A stretch of DNA of 64,000 nt from Spirochaetota bacterium (GCA_050298055.1 JBNKTL010000008.1:56884-120883), one strand, 5' to 3'; shown: positions 37,895 to 48,198, counted from the stretch's first letter. The notes: generated from the sequence alone by a model not told the origin. Numbers and translations are program-made.

Positions 37895-39244
37895 TTATTT
37901 TCCTTCCCCGGAACAGATACTGTTTAAAAGATCCATCTGGGTAATGACTCCTTTAAGTTCTCCCTTTTCATCTGTAATAAGTACCTTGTACTCATGACTG
38001 CGTTTCATGGCTTTTATCACATTGCATACGGATGATTTCCTGTCAAAGGTAAGGGCCGGTTCAAGTTTAATATCACCCAGCCGGGCACTCAGCTTAGCAC
38101 CATCGGCCAGCATATTTATAACCATCTCAGATGTGATAAGTCCCATGGGCTTATCATCGCCTGAGAGTACCGCTACAGAGTGAATATGTTCCTCATCCAG
38201 CAACTTAATGGCATCCTGCACTGTTGCAGTCTCAGTGAGAGAAAACACTCCCTCATGCATGACCTGTTCGGCTATCTGCTCCTCGGCTTCACCGAATATC
38301 CTGTTTGTAAACCTTACATACCATGCGGCAGCCTGTACCTGAATGATATAAGCCATGGCAATGATTAATGCGATCTCAGAACCCTTCTCTCCAAATACGG
38401 TCATTGCAATGGCCAGCGCAATAGAGAGGTTCCTCATAACTGTCCCGTACACAAGGGCAATGGCATCACCCCTTTTAAAGAAATACTTCCCTACAAGTGT
38501 ACTGATGAGAAAATTTATCAGGTAGAGTATGGCAAGGGGAACAAAAAGATAAACCAGAATTGTGGGATTACTTAACACTGATTTTGATTTAAGTGCCATT
38601 GCAACAAATACGATCCCCAGTACACCCAGTGTAGAAAGCATGGGAAATTTCTGTTTGATATCCTTCTGGTATTTTGCCATTCCATATTTTAAAATGATGA
38701 GTCTCTGCGTAATAAAACCAAGGACCATGGGAAGAAAAACAATGAGAAGTATCTGCCTGAAGACCTTAAAGAGCGGAATTTCAACTACCGCTCCCATTAA
38801 CCACTTTGTATAAAAGGGTGTTGCTATTGATCCGAAGACCAGGCCTATGACTGTCATCTTTATTGCCGCATTGAGGTTGCCTCTGGCAAAACCGGTCCAT
38901 GAGATAGTCATACCGCTTGTTGGCAGAAGTGAAGCCAGGAGGAGCCCCAGGGTTATAAGAGGTTTATCCTGAAAGAAGACCATCCCTATTGCTAAAGCAA
39001 CAAAGGGTATTACCAAAAAGTTTAGTATCTGGGTCACAAGCTGGACCTTAATATCACCACCGGAAAAAACCTTTTTTATCTGCAGGTTGACCATCATGGG
39101 ATATACCATGAGGAAGGTCAGTGGCAGAATGAGGGCCTTAAGGAATAGAGGGTCCTGAAACCATCCGAAGATGATTCCAAGAATCATAAAAATCGGAATA
39201 TTCCATACAAGATTTTTCTGTAATATTGCTATTCTCATCCACAT
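37895..39244 (-). CDS. Acr3/bile acid:Na+ symporter family protein with C-terminal CBS pair
   Basis: MVYPMM, LLPTSGMTISWTG, MRNLSIALAIA; C-terminal ~125 aa CBS tandem. Confidence 0.85.
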   Translation of the reverse strand: MWMRIAILQKNLVWNIPIFMILGIIFGWFQDPLFLKALILPLTFLMVYPMMVNLQIKKVFSGGDIKVQLVTQILNFLVIPFVALAIGMVFFQDKPLITLGLLLASLLPTSGMTISWTGFARGNLNAAIKMTVIGLVFGSIATPFYTKWLMGAVVEIPLFKVFRQILLIVFLPMVLGFITQRLIILKYGMAKYQKDIKQKFPMLSTLGVLGIVFVAMALKSKSVLSNPTILVYLFVPLAILYLINFLISTLVGKYFFKRGDAIALVYGTVMRNLSIALAIAMTVFGEKGSEIALIIAMAYIIQVQAAAWYVRFTNRIFGEAEEQIAEQVMHEGVFSLTETATVQDAIKLLDEEHIHSVAVLSGDDKPMGLITSEMVINMLADGAKLSARLGDIKLEPALTFDRKSSVCNVIKAMKRSHEYKVLITDEKGELKGVITQMDLLNSICSGEGK

Positions 39245-39310
39245 AGAATACCTCTCAGTTAATTCTTAATTTACGATTTACGAGTACATGCAATGAATTT
39301 ATTTTTTTTT

Positions 39311-39341
39311 TAAATTACTCAGCTGTATGGCTAAAATATTG
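39311..39341 (+). repeat. Solo left end of the MITE family
   Basis: aattactcagctgtatggctaaaatattg matches the left arm consensus. Confidence 0.65.
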
Positions 39342-39349
39342 AAGTTCCC

Positions 39350-39760
39350 TTATTTTACAGCCTTAATAAGTTTTACGACCTTTTCACACGATTCGGATAA
39401 TCCCTTCTGAAAGACTTCATCTTCGGGAAGTAGCTTCTTTACAGTATCACTGTCAAAAGCCATATATGCGATATTTGTAATGTCATTCTCATCCTTGAAG
39501 ATGACCAGCTGTTTTGGAGGCAGGAGTACTGCACCCCTGATCCTGTTGTTGAATATTGATTTATAGGCTTTTTCCGGATTGCACAGCATTACGGAGTAAT
39601 AGGAAAAATCTTCATCTACTGAAACTCCATGACTGCTGAACTGCTTCTTCATATCATAGATCTCCCTGATAATAAAGTTTAAATCAGGGGCTTGCTTTTT
39701 GATATTGTTTAGGATCTCCTCCGGTTCTTTTTCTGATTCCGTTTTATAGATATATGCCAT
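39350..39760 (-). CDS. DUF302 domain protein
   Basis: LCNPEKA...GAVLLP motif; 136 aa; GGAG RBS. Confidence 0.75.
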   Translation of the reverse strand: MAYIYKTESEKEPEEILNNIKKQAPDLNFIIREIYDMKKQFSSHGVSVDEDFSYYSVMLCNPEKAYKSIFNNRIRGAVLLPPKQLVIFKDENDITNIAYMAFDSDTVKKLLPEDEVFQKGLSESCEKVVKLIKAVK

Positions 39761-39965
39761 CTCAATGCTCCTTTTTTTAAATAGTTGTTACGTAATTTAT
39801 TGATCAGCTGTTTTATGAGCAGTAACCGCATAACATTTAATAAAAATTATGAGGACATTAAGGAGAAAAAAGGTGCAATTGTAAAGTATAATTTTAGTAT
39901 TTTATTAAATAATCAACATCAAACTGAATAATGCTCTTTTTCATTATTGCTTAACAGGGGAATAT

Positions 39966-40808
39966 TCATTTATCCCCGGGTTTCTGCAGTTCAATATCTG
40001 CGACAAGGGGCAGGTGGTCTGATGAATTTGACTCAACGGTGTATATTGAAAGTGCCTTTATACTGCCGGATATCAGTATATAGTCCAGGTTGATCCTTTC
40101 CGGCAGGGTGAACCCGGGGAGGTGCCTGAGGGAGCTTTCACGCACACTTTTATTTATCCTGAAAGTCCCTTTTACACTGTTCCGAATCTCATTCAGAATG
40201 TTCCTGTATCCGTAATCGGAAAGGATCTCCATTCCCGGCATCATTCGGGGGATGTTGAAATCTCCCAGTACCACTTCCGGTTTTCCCGTTCTCTGAAACC
40301 AGCCGATAAGGTCTTTTATTTCGGTAATGCGGTCCTCTGATCTCTTCCTGTTTGCTGAGAGAAGATTACTCCTGCTCCATACAAAGGGAGAGAGGTGCGT
40401 TGTAGAGAAGGCCGCAATTCTCCCCTCTATATTAAGCAGAACCTTGAGGGCTCTCCTGTATTTCCCCAGCCTGATCTCTTCCTGCCTTTTGACCGGATAC
40501 CTGCTGAGAAATGAGAGCACCCATTTCCTGTCAGTGAAAATAACATATGGCCTGCTGGAGGCCAGGAACATATTCAGGTCGCCGGCTAGTTTTTGTGAGA
40601 AGTCAATCCTCCCTTTGACAAGGACTTCCTGGAGGGCCACGATGTCCGGATGAATGTTCGAAATTGTCTTTTTGACGGCAGTGTATCCTTCCTTGAAGTG
40701 ATGAACATTGAAGGTGGCAACCTTTAACCTGATTTTTTTATTTTTTTCTTCACCTGAACAACGAAAAAGAAAGATGAGAAAGAGGAAAATGAGTGATTTT
40801 TTTGTCAT
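39966..40808 (-). CDS. Endonuclease/exonuclease/phosphatase family (probable lipoprotein)
   Basis: ATFNV, DIVALQEV, THL, LGDFN, LDYI, SDHLP. Confidence 0.9.
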   Translation of the reverse strand: MTKKSLIFLFLIFLFRCSGEEKNKKIRLKVATFNVHHFKEGYTAVKKTISNIHPDIVALQEVLVKGRIDFSQKLAGDLNMFLASSRPYVIFTDRKWVLSFLSRYPVKRQEEIRLGKYRRALKVLLNIEGRIAAFSTTHLSPFVWSRSNLLSANRKRSEDRITEIKDLIGWFQRTGKPEVVLGDFNIPRMMPGMEILSDYGYRNILNEIRNSVKGTFRINKSVRESSLRHLPGFTLPERINLDYILISGSIKALSIYTVESNSSDHLPLVADIELQKPGDK

Positions 40809-40834
40809 TGAGATTTAATTCCCTGGGAACTCTA

Positions 40835-41380
40835 TCAGCTGACAGATTCCCCGGGAAAGAGTACCATAAGGGGGACCTCGATGATATTTGTCTCATTGCT
40901 GTGAATGTTAAAGTTTTTAATCAGAATTGAATTAAGGGTGTCTGATTTGAGTATTGATATACCCTGGCTGTAACCGGTCTGGTATACTTCTATTGTGAGG
41001 TTATAGAGGTTCAGCGCTTCCAGGATTTGTATGATATTCTTTTTTGCCATTTCCTTTGCCGGGCTGTTCTCCTGGTACGCAGCACCAAACACACCGAGGC
41101 AGCAGATTCCTGCAACATTTTTCTCCTCCAGGCTGTTATAGAGTGCGGCAACGTGATGAAGTGCCATATCGTCGTTCTTCTCCCTGGACTTGAACATGTG
41201 GTTTACACCCATCCATAACCTGTTCCGGTTGTCCATTCCGCATAAAACAACTGAAACACAGGAACCGAGGACGATGTGTATGCAATGATCTTCGGAAGCA
41301 ATCTTCTTCTCATGCCAGTGTACATGGCATGTTTTCTTCTTTTTTTTCTCACTGGTAAATATTTTTTCCAGGGTATCGAT
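40835..41380 (-). CDS. CheD-like deamidase-fold protein; probable non-canonical (ATC) or mutated start
   Basis: Frame is open upstream of ATG 41236 to 41392 and carries HIVLGSCVSV, then GVNHM and VFGAA; AAGAGG lies 6 nt before ATC 41380. Confidence 0.65.
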   Translation of the reverse strand: MDTLEKIFTSEKKKKKTCHVHWHEKKIASEDHCIHIVLGSCVSVVLCGMDNRNRLWMGVNHMFKSREKNDDMALHHVAALYNSLEEKNVAGICCLGVFGAAYQENSPAKEMAKKNIIQILEALNLYNLTIEVYQTGYSQGISILKSDTLNSILIKNFNIHSNETNIIEVPLMVLFPGESVS

Positions 41381-41723
41381 AACGGGCCTCTTTTATCCTC
41401 TTTATCCGGAAAGAGATCTTGCTCTTTTTAAAGAAAGTCATCAGACTCGAAAATACTGTTTCAAAAAAAATGAAGATTTAAAACAACGAAATAACCTCTT
41501 GCGCCTTTCATTATTATTTATTCTCTCAATATGTCAAGTTCTAATGTTTTAATGGTGATAATTTAAAGAGGTTCCTTTTATTAAATATCTTTTTCTTAAT
41601 CTGAAACATGGAATTTAATACATACCCTGTGACAGTTTTTAAATTTAAGAACTAAATACTGATTATTGTTTGACTAAAATGAGCATTGTCATTTCGATGT
41701 TACTGATATTCAGGATAGAGTTT

Positions 41724-42428
41724 ATGGAAAGAAATTCAGCAAAAGGTCCCGACAGGGAGAAGATCAGGAAAATGTTCAACAGTATTGCAGGTAATTACGA
41801 TCTGCTGAACAGGGTATTGAGCATGGGTGTTGATAATTCATGGAGAAGAAAAGGTCTCTCCCTGTTTTCAAAGGACAATAAAGGGTCCCTGCTTGACCTG
41901 GGCTGTGGTACGGGTGATCTTTCGAGAATGTCGTTCAGATACGGGTTTAAAAAAGTTGTGGGAGCGGATTTCAGTATCGGTATGCTTCTGAAAGGTTCCG
42001 GGAAAAATACTTATTTCCCCGGTATCAGTCTCTGCAGTTCCGATGCGGAAAAGCTGCCATTCAAAAGCTCCGTGTTCGATGCATGCTGTATTGCATTTGC
42101 CATCAGAAATTTTCAGAACAGGGATACTGCGCTCCGGGAGATATCCAGGGTTTTGAGGGAGAAGGGAGAACTCATGATTATCGAGTTTTCCCTGCCTGAT
42201 AATCCTTTATTAAAAGCAATCTACAAATTCTATTTTTTCAAAATACTTCCTTTTATCGGAGGTTTGATATCAGGGAATTTCAGGGCATACAGTTATCTTC
42301 CCGAATCAGTGAGCAGGTTCCCTGCAGTAGAGACTTTCAGACAGATGGTCCTGGACTGCGGTTTTTCCCGTGTGGAGACCAGGAGACTTTCATTTGGAAT
42401 AGCATATATATATTTCGCAGTTAAGTAA
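41724..42428 (+). CDS. menG: Demethylmenaquinone methyltransferase (MenG/UbiE)
   Basis: MFNSIA..YDLLN..LS.G, LDLGCGTGD, AYSYLPESV; directly upstream of menA. Confidence 0.9.
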   Translation: MERNSAKGPDREKIRKMFNSIAGNYDLLNRVLSMGVDNSWRRKGLSLFSKDNKGSLLDLGCGTGDLSRMSFRYGFKKVVGADFSIGMLLKGSGKNTYFPGISLCSSDAEKLPFKSSVFDACCIAFAIRNFQNRDTALREISRVLREKGELMIIEFSLPDNPLLKAIYKFYFFKILPFIGGLISGNFRAYSYLPESVSRFPAVETFRQMVLDCGFSRVETRRLSFGIAYIYFAVK

Positions 42429-42439
42429 CAGGGAAACAA

Positions 42440-43318
42440 ATGTCATCTTTTAAAATATGGATACTTGCAAGCAGACCGAAAACACTGGGTGCTGCCGTGG
42501 CTCCGGTTTTTATCGGGACCTCTCTTGCCCTGTTTAACGGCTCTGTTGACTATTTCGCGGCTGCTGCGGCCCTGTTTGGCGCAGTGATGATACAGATTGG
42601 TACCAATTTCTCAAACGATTACTTTGATTATCAAAAAGGTACTGATACTGAGGAGAGAAGCGGACCGGTCAGGGCAACACAGGCCGGGCTGGTGAAACCC
42701 TCTGCCATGAAAAGGGCATTTATCTTTGCTTATGGGCTTGCGGCGGTTTCGGGAATTTACCTTGTTTATCTGGGCGGAGTCCCGATACTGGTCCTCGGGA
42801 TTGTGTCAATTATCTGCGGTATACTCTATACAGGCGGACCGTATCCCCTTGGATATCATGGTCTCGGCGATATCTTCGTATTTATATTTTTCGGGTTAGC
42901 CGCGGTCTGCGGTACATATTATGTTCAGGCCCATGATCTGGATATGGTAGTTGTCGCGGCAAGCATAGCACCGGGTCTCTATTCCACGGGAATTCTCGCG
43001 GTAAACAACCTCAGAGATACCGAAACCGACAGCAGGACGGGGAAGAGGACCCTGGCCGTAATATTCGGAAAACAATTCGTACGAATAGAATATCTCCTCT
43101 CTGTTCTTCTCCCCGGGGTAATACCGGTTATTCTCTACCTGAATACCGGGAAACATCCCTTTGCAGTAATTTCATCTGTTGCGCTGCTGCCTTCAATCCC
43201 TTTGATTAAAACAGTTTTTCATAAATCTACAGGAGAGGAACTGAACGGTGTCCTCGCGTCAACGGGAAAGGTCCTGCTGCTCTACAGTATTCTCTTTTCA
43301 ATTGGGTGGAATGTGTAA
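42440..43318 (+). CDS. menA: 1,4-dihydroxy-2-naphthoate polyprenyltransferase
   Basis: RPKTL, NFSNDYFDYQKGTD, YTGGPYPLGYHGLGD, NNLRD..TD...GKRTLAV. Confidence 0.94.
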   Translation: MSSFKIWILASRPKTLGAAVAPVFIGTSLALFNGSVDYFAAAAALFGAVMIQIGTNFSNDYFDYQKGTDTEERSGPVRATQAGLVKPSAMKRAFIFAYGLAAVSGIYLVYLGGVPILVLGIVSIICGILYTGGPYPLGYHGLGDIFVFIFFGLAAVCGTYYVQAHDLDMVVVAASIAPGLYSTGILAVNNLRDTETDSRTGKRTLAVIFGKQFVRIEYLLSVLLPGVIPVILYLNTGKHPFAVISSVALLPSIPLIKTVFHKSTGEELNGVLASTGKVLLLYSILFSIGWNV

Positions 43319-43335
43319 TGGCATGTTAACTTGAG

Positions 43336-43430
43336 AAGAGGTTTCACACTAAGCTCACAGGGCACACGAAGGAAGAGTAAAATGAGTGTAAGAAAGGAGA
43401 TTGGGGGATAAAGAGGGGATAGGGAGATAT
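43336..43430 (-). repeat. 9-bp-periodic half-site (inverted copy of 12823-12865) plus purine-rich ~8-bp-periodic tract
   Basis: Reverse complement of 43336-43378 matches 12823-12865 at 37/43 by manual alignment. Confidence 0.75.
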
Positions 43431-43435
43431 ATTTA

Positions 43436-44458
43436 TTAAAACACAATAAACGAAATACTATCCCGAGTTTTAATAATCCTGTAATCCAGTATCTCAAGTT
43501 TATATTTATTTTTCAGATAGCTGATATTCTCCTTCCTTAACCCGATATACTCCTCCGGGCAAAGGGCAGGGAGTTCAAGGAGCAGTCTGTTTAAGCCGGG
43601 ATTTTTATCCAGGATGCGTATCAGGCTCTCCTCGATTTCATCTCTCTTCAGTCTTGATTTCACAAGAAATCCGAAGGCTGGATGATAGGGACCCGATATT
43701 ATTGATTCTAACTTTTCAGGGGGAAATGGATGGAGTCCCATCCTGATTACCGGTATATTGTGATTGTTGAAGATTTTCAACATCCTGCTGCATATCTCAA
43801 CTGCATTCTCCAGTGTAAGGGGAGAGTAGCTTCCTTCGTTGTAAATCTTTTCCAGTTCCGTGTTTGCCAGGACCACTGCGGGATAAATCCTTACTGCGCC
43901 GGGAGCGAGGCCGGCTGACCTGGAAGCAGATTCAATTACTGTTTCCCAACTGTGGCCGGGAAGTCCCGGCATCAACTGCAAAACCGTATCCATACCTTCT
44001 TTTTTAAGCAGATTAACTGCGTTTATCGAATCTTCTGCTGTATGCCCCCTCCGGGATCTCTCCAGCACGGCATTGGAAAATGATTGAACACCAAGTTCAA
44101 TTGTATTGACACCATATCTTTTAAGAAGGTCTATTGTTTCATGATTGATATAATCGGGTCTTGTTGATGCCCGTATCCCGCTCACACGCCCTTCCCGGAG
44201 ATACTTTGCCGCTGCAGCGAGAAATTCCTCCTGCAGTTCTCTTTCTATCCCGGTAAAACTGCCTCCGAAAAATGCAATTTCAGTATCAGTTGATTCGGTA
44301 TCAATGTTATCAAGATAAGTATTTATTCTCTTCTTTATATAACCGGAATCGGGCACTTTTTCCGCTCCGCTGCTCTTCCATTGATTGCAGAAAGCGCATC
44401 TGTGGGGACAGCCAAGGTGTGGAACAAATATTGGTATTGTAACATGTTTTTTTTTCAT
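43436..44458 (-). CDS. Radical SAM protein (Elp3/HemZ-like family)
   Basis: CPHRCAFC, FFGGSFT, STRPD, IELGVQS, GPYHPAFG. Confidence 0.9.
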   Translation of the reverse strand: MKKKHVTIPIFVPHLGCPHRCAFCNQWKSSGAEKVPDSGYIKKRINTYLDNIDTESTDTEIAFFGGSFTGIERELQEEFLAAAAKYLREGRVSGIRASTRPDYINHETIDLLKRYGVNTIELGVQSFSNAVLERSRRGHTAEDSINAVNLLKKEGMDTVLQLMPGLPGHSWETVIESASRSAGLAPGAVRIYPAVVLANTELEKIYNEGSYSPLTLENAVEICSRMLKIFNNHNIPVIRMGLHPFPPEKLESIISGPYHPAFGFLVKSRLKRDEIEESLIRILDKNPGLNRLLLELPALCPEEYIGLRKENISYLKNKYKLEILDYRIIKTRDSISFIVF

Positions 44459-44680
44459 TTGTGAAAAATTATTGACTTATTTATCGAGAATAATTGTCTT
44501 GATATAAATTATTTTTTCGTTTATAAACACTGAGCTATGCATAAGAATAATCGGCAATCAAATGATTTTTGTAACCTTAAGAGTCAGATTTATTCAAAAA
44601 TTTTAACTGGTTTGCATTTGTGTCAAGTAAAGTGACAAAAAAATTGAGAATATAATTGTTTAGCTACGAAGAGGTTTATT

Positions 44681-44956
44681 ATGCCAACATATGAATATGA
44701 GTGTCTTGAGTGTAAGCACAGGTTTAACGTATTTCAGTCAATAACTGAAGATGCCATTGAGAAATGTGAAAAATGTGGAAAGAGTGTGAGAAAAGTTTTC
44801 GGCGCAGCGGGGATTATTTTTAAAGGTGAAGGTTTTTATGTAAATGATTATAAGAATTCAAGCAACTCTGCTGCAAAGGGTAATAAATCATCACATGAGA
44901 AGAGTGAACAAAATTCTCCCTGCTCAAGTTGCGAATCATGTCCCTCTGCAGGCTAG
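44681..44956 (+). CDS. FmdB-family zinc ribbon protein
   Basis: MPTYEYEC..C...C..CG, FKGEGFYVNDY. Confidence 0.9.
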   Translation: MPTYEYECLECKHRFNVFQSITEDAIEKCEKCGKSVRKVFGAAGIIFKGEGFYVNDYKNSSNSAAKGNKSSHEKSEQNSPCSSCESCPSAG

Positions 44957-46815
44957 CCCTGCTTATTTCGAATAATTTTTGCCCTGTTTTGCCGGAAAAG
45001 GTTCATGAGGTATTTTTCTATGGCAATAATCCCTGAGGGCTGCACATAGTCTTCTTTGAGTTTATATCCGGAAAGCGAATCGGTAAATTCCCTGATTGTA
45101 TCCGAATCGTTTATTATCGAGGGATCAACCAGCAGGTATTCAATATCCGCGATAAGCAGTTTCTGGCTTCTTTTGGGATAGAGTGCTTTCCGTGCGTTGT
45201 AGATAGGTATGACAATTTTCAGGTTGTTCCCTCTCAGTTCGGCTATTATGGTATCGATAGCTGCTTCATTTTCAGGTACAATTTCCACATACTCGGAAAG
45301 CGCTATCAGGGGCTGATTCAATGACCGGATCCTTGCAAAGATGTCCTTTGTTTCTCTTGAGAAACTGCTACTCGGTTTAATCTTTTCGGTTTTTCTCGAT
45401 TTTTTAAACTGCTCTGTTGTTTTCTTTTTTGTAAAGAGAGATTTAATAAAACCTATTATGGAACCGAATAATGAGTTCTTTTCAGTCATATCATGGTAAA
45501 CAGCTTCTTTCCGCTCGGTTATTCTCTCTTCGGCTTTCTGCCGTGTTCTTTCATAATCGCTGATTATTTTTTTGAGGATATCAATATTACTTTCCTTTTC
45601 CAGGATACGAGTAACTTTCTCCTTGTCGATAAGAATATCTTTCCCGATTTTACAGAGAAGGTCGAACAGAGAAAGGTAGTCCTGTTTCTCAAATTGATTC
45701 ATTCTGTTCAACTTCTCCTTCTGCCGATAGATCAGCTGGTGAAGTCCGGAAAGCTTTGCAAGGTAGACGTTCCCATCTATGTAGAGTGTTTCAGAGTTTG
45801 TGTCGTAGTATGAAAAGACCTTATTGTTCCGGGAATTTTCCTCCAGCCAGTTTTCCAGAGAATTCGGATGGATACCATCATAGATAGAAAGAATATCCGA
45901 CTGTTTGCAGATACCGTTTTTTTCAATATACTTTAAAATATCGCCGCCAATTGTTATTATCGGATCAACAATCTTATCCATTTCAATCAGACATTTTCTC
46001 AGGGACTCGTAGTTCTTGACCATGATCAGCTCTTTTTTGCTGAGGGACGCAGGGATTTCCTGGAGTATTATGTTCATTAAATAGTCAAGCTTGGTGTCCC
46101 TGTAATCGGAAAAGTCACTGTTCAGGATGCCGAACTTTTGCAGTCTTCGCTTGATAAGATCATTATGTGCGGTAATGATTTTCTTCAGTTCATCATTGAG
46201 GAGCTTCTTTTTAACAGATTCAAAGTTATTCTGATGAAAGCAGTAATCTTCTGTCCTCTCAAGGTTATTGTTGTCCAGCAGAAAGTTTTTAAAAACAAAG
46301 ATATTCTTATTTATTTCTGATGTAATAAGCTCTTTGAGATAGTTTTTATTCCTTGCTTTATTCATCAGTTTGGTGAGGTTGAAAAGTCTGAACTGGGAGA
46401 GCAGACCGAGCAGGCTTTCAAGTGATTTTGAGTCCCTGCTGCTTTTAAGCATGGTATATTTTTCGTCAGTAAGAAGAACAGTATATTCTATCTTCTCATT
46501 GAGTAAGAGTTTTTTTGTCTGGGGCTCTATCTGGAATTCAAAGGATATAATTGTATTGAAGTGGTTGGGGTGGAATTTTTTTACCTGTTCAATGATGTAA
46601 TGGATGTTTTTATTCCTGGCAGTATTGAAGGGCATTTTGATATTTCTGGAGTTGCTGATGTCCTCAAAGGTTGCAAGGTGAGCATTTTTATCCTTAAGAA
46701 CCTGGTCTTGGTAGAGACTTATCTCATTCAGGATTTCGTATACAAACGGTTCCTTTGCCACCTGAGCGTCAAGGAAGCTAAACTTGGTTGTAAGTTCACT
46801 TTTTACATTTGCCAT
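44953..46815 (-). CDS. Hypothetical protein (620 aa, helical, charged)
   Basis: Long uninterrupted ORF; no motif recognised. Confidence 0.75.
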   Translation of the reverse strand: MANVKSELTTKFSFLDAQVAKEPFVYEILNEISLYQDQVLKDKNAHLATFEDISNSRNIKMPFNTARNKNIHYIIEQVKKFHPNHFNTIISFEFQIEPQTKKLLLNEKIEYTVLLTDEKYTMLKSSRDSKSLESLLGLLSQFRLFNLTKLMNKARNKNYLKELITSEINKNIFVFKNFLLDNNNLERTEDYCFHQNNFESVKKKLLNDELKKIITAHNDLIKRRLQKFGILNSDFSDYRDTKLDYLMNIILQEIPASLSKKELIMVKNYESLRKCLIEMDKIVDPIITIGGDILKYIEKNGICKQSDILSIYDGIHPNSLENWLEENSRNNKVFSYYDTNSETLYIDGNVYLAKLSGLHQLIYRQKEKLNRMNQFEKQDYLSLFDLLCKIGKDILIDKEKVTRILEKESNIDILKKIISDYERTRQKAEERITERKEAVYHDMTEKNSLFGSIIGFIKSLFTKKKTTEQFKKSRKTEKIKPSSSFSRETKDIFARIRSLNQPLIALSEYVEIVPENEAAIDTIIAELRGNNLKIVIPIYNARKALYPKRSQKLLIADIEYLLVDPSIINDSDTIREFTDSLSGYKLKEDYVQPSGIIAIEKYLMNLFRQNRAKIIRNKQG

Positions 46816-46842
46816 GGTTTTACTTTTAAATATGGATTATTT

Positions 46843-46983
46843 GTTACTTCTCAAACTTAATTTAAAGAATAATCATATTTATCAAAAAACATAACCGATA
46901 TGCCTCTCCGCCTTCGGAGGGGGGGACATATTGTTGATATTTATAGTAAATACAATATTTCAGTCATATAACTGAGTAATTAC
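46843..46983 (-). mobile_element. MITE copy 6, complete (141 bp) with 8-bp TSD
   Basis: Ends gttacttctcaa / actgagtaattac; imperfect hairpin with TTC loop on + strand; flanks gattattt / gattactt. Confidence 0.85.
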
Positions 46984-47006
46984 GATTACTTATTGTTTAT
47001 GTTATT

Positions 47007-47147
47007 GTAACGAGTCAGCTGTATACAGGAATAATCGTATTCGTTAAGAAAATATAAATGATGTGTCCCCTCCGCAGTGGGAAACGGAATCACATTGTTG
47101 ATATTTATAAAAATACACTGTTTTTAACTATATAGCTGAGTAGTTAC
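47007..47147 (-). mobile_element. MITE copy 7, complete (141 bp), hairpin eroded
   Basis: Ends gtaacgagtcagct / agctgagtagttac; flanks atgttatt / atattgtt. Confidence 0.8.
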
Positions 47148-47229
47148 ATATTGTTAATATAATCGACTTAAACTGTTGTTAAATAAAAAGAATAAATGTG
47201 AGCTCAAATATTTCAATCAATTAATTTAA

Positions 47230-47958
47230 TTAATTTTTTTTCCCGGGTACCATGGGAACAAATCTTACATAGGTAATAATCTCCTTCTGGTAATTGTCCC
47301 CTTTTCGGGTAATCTTTACCAGCCTCTGTACCGTTTCTCCTTCCGGTGCTACCAGGATCCCGTTGTCCGCAAGCTGCTCAATAAGGGTTTTCGGGATCTG
47401 GGGCGGCGATGCAGTCAGTATAATGACATCAAAGGGGGCATGTTCAGACCAGCCTTTATATCCGTCACCTATCATTACCTTCACGTTTGAATAACCGTAG
47501 TCTTTCAGTTTTTTTGCGGCACTTTTACCCAGGGGTTCAACAATTTCAATGCTGTAGACCTCTCTGGCAAGCAGGGAAAGAACTGCCGCCTGGTATCCGG
47601 AACCTGTTCCGATTTCAAGGACTTTTTCATTACCATCCAATTCACAGAGTTCGGACATCAATGCTACAATGTATGGCTGGGATATTGTCTGGCCGTGTCC
47701 TATGGGAAGAGGATGGTCTTCATAGGCGCTTGGTATGTGTATTCCCGGAACGAATTTATGTCTTTTGACCTTTCTCATTGCATCCAGGACCCTTTTATTA
47801 CTGATACCGCGGGCTTCAATCTGTTTATTGACCATCCTTTCCCGTAATTTTTCCATTAATGCTTCTCCTTTGCTTTCTCCCTTACCCGTACAATGAGAGT
47901 CCTGTACTGCTATAATGAATGCAGTGGCAAATATGCATATCATCGTGAATCTTTTCAT
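47230..47958 (-). CDS. pcm: Protein-L-isoaspartate O-methyltransferase with N-terminal signal-like peptide
   Basis: AYEDHPLPIGHGQTISQPYIVA, VLEIGTGSGYQAA, VRFVPM. Confidence 0.94.
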   Translation of the reverse strand: MKRFTMICIFATAFIIAVQDSHCTGKGESKGEALMEKLRERMVNKQIEARGISNKRVLDAMRKVKRHKFVPGIHIPSAYEDHPLPIGHGQTISQPYIVALMSELCELDGNEKVLEIGTGSGYQAAVLSLLAREVYSIEIVEPLGKSAAKKLKDYGYSNVKVMIGDGYKGWSEHAPFDVIILTASPPQIPKTLIEQLADNGILVAPEGETVQRLVKITRKGDNYQKEIITYVRFVPMVPGKKN

Positions 47959-47971
47959 TGTTTTTTGCTTC

Positions 47972-48061
47972 GTTACTACTCGGCTTTATTGCTGAAATTA
48001 ACATATTAATTAAAATATCAAGAATATATCTTCGCCGCCGACCGCGGCGAAGAGTAGTTAC
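47972..48061 (+). mobile_element. MITE copy 8, internally deleted (90 bp)
   Basis: gttactactcggct ... tcttcgccgc/gcggcgaaga stem joined directly to gtagttac; flanks tttgcttc / tctgcttt. Confidence 0.75.
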
Positions 48062-48177
48062 TCTGCTTTATAAATATTAATTTATTCTTATTTGAATTTT
48101 TTTTCAAGAATTTTTCTTTGGGTGGAAGACAGATCGACAATGATTATATAACATCAATCCGTTGGATTGTCTGTGGC

Positions 48178-48198
48178 AAGCGCGACGGCGTCGCGCTT
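48178..48198 (-). terminator. Hairpin downstream of the 74-aa gene (terminator-like; no clear U-tract)
   Basis: aagcgcgac-ggc-gtcgcgctt perfect 9-bp stem, 10 bp after the stop. Confidence 0.45.

Noticed and set aside
44529..44572. Possible MITE right-end fragment or minus-strand sigma28 promoter (GCCGATTA)
   Set aside because: Short, ambiguous match; the -35 element is poor.
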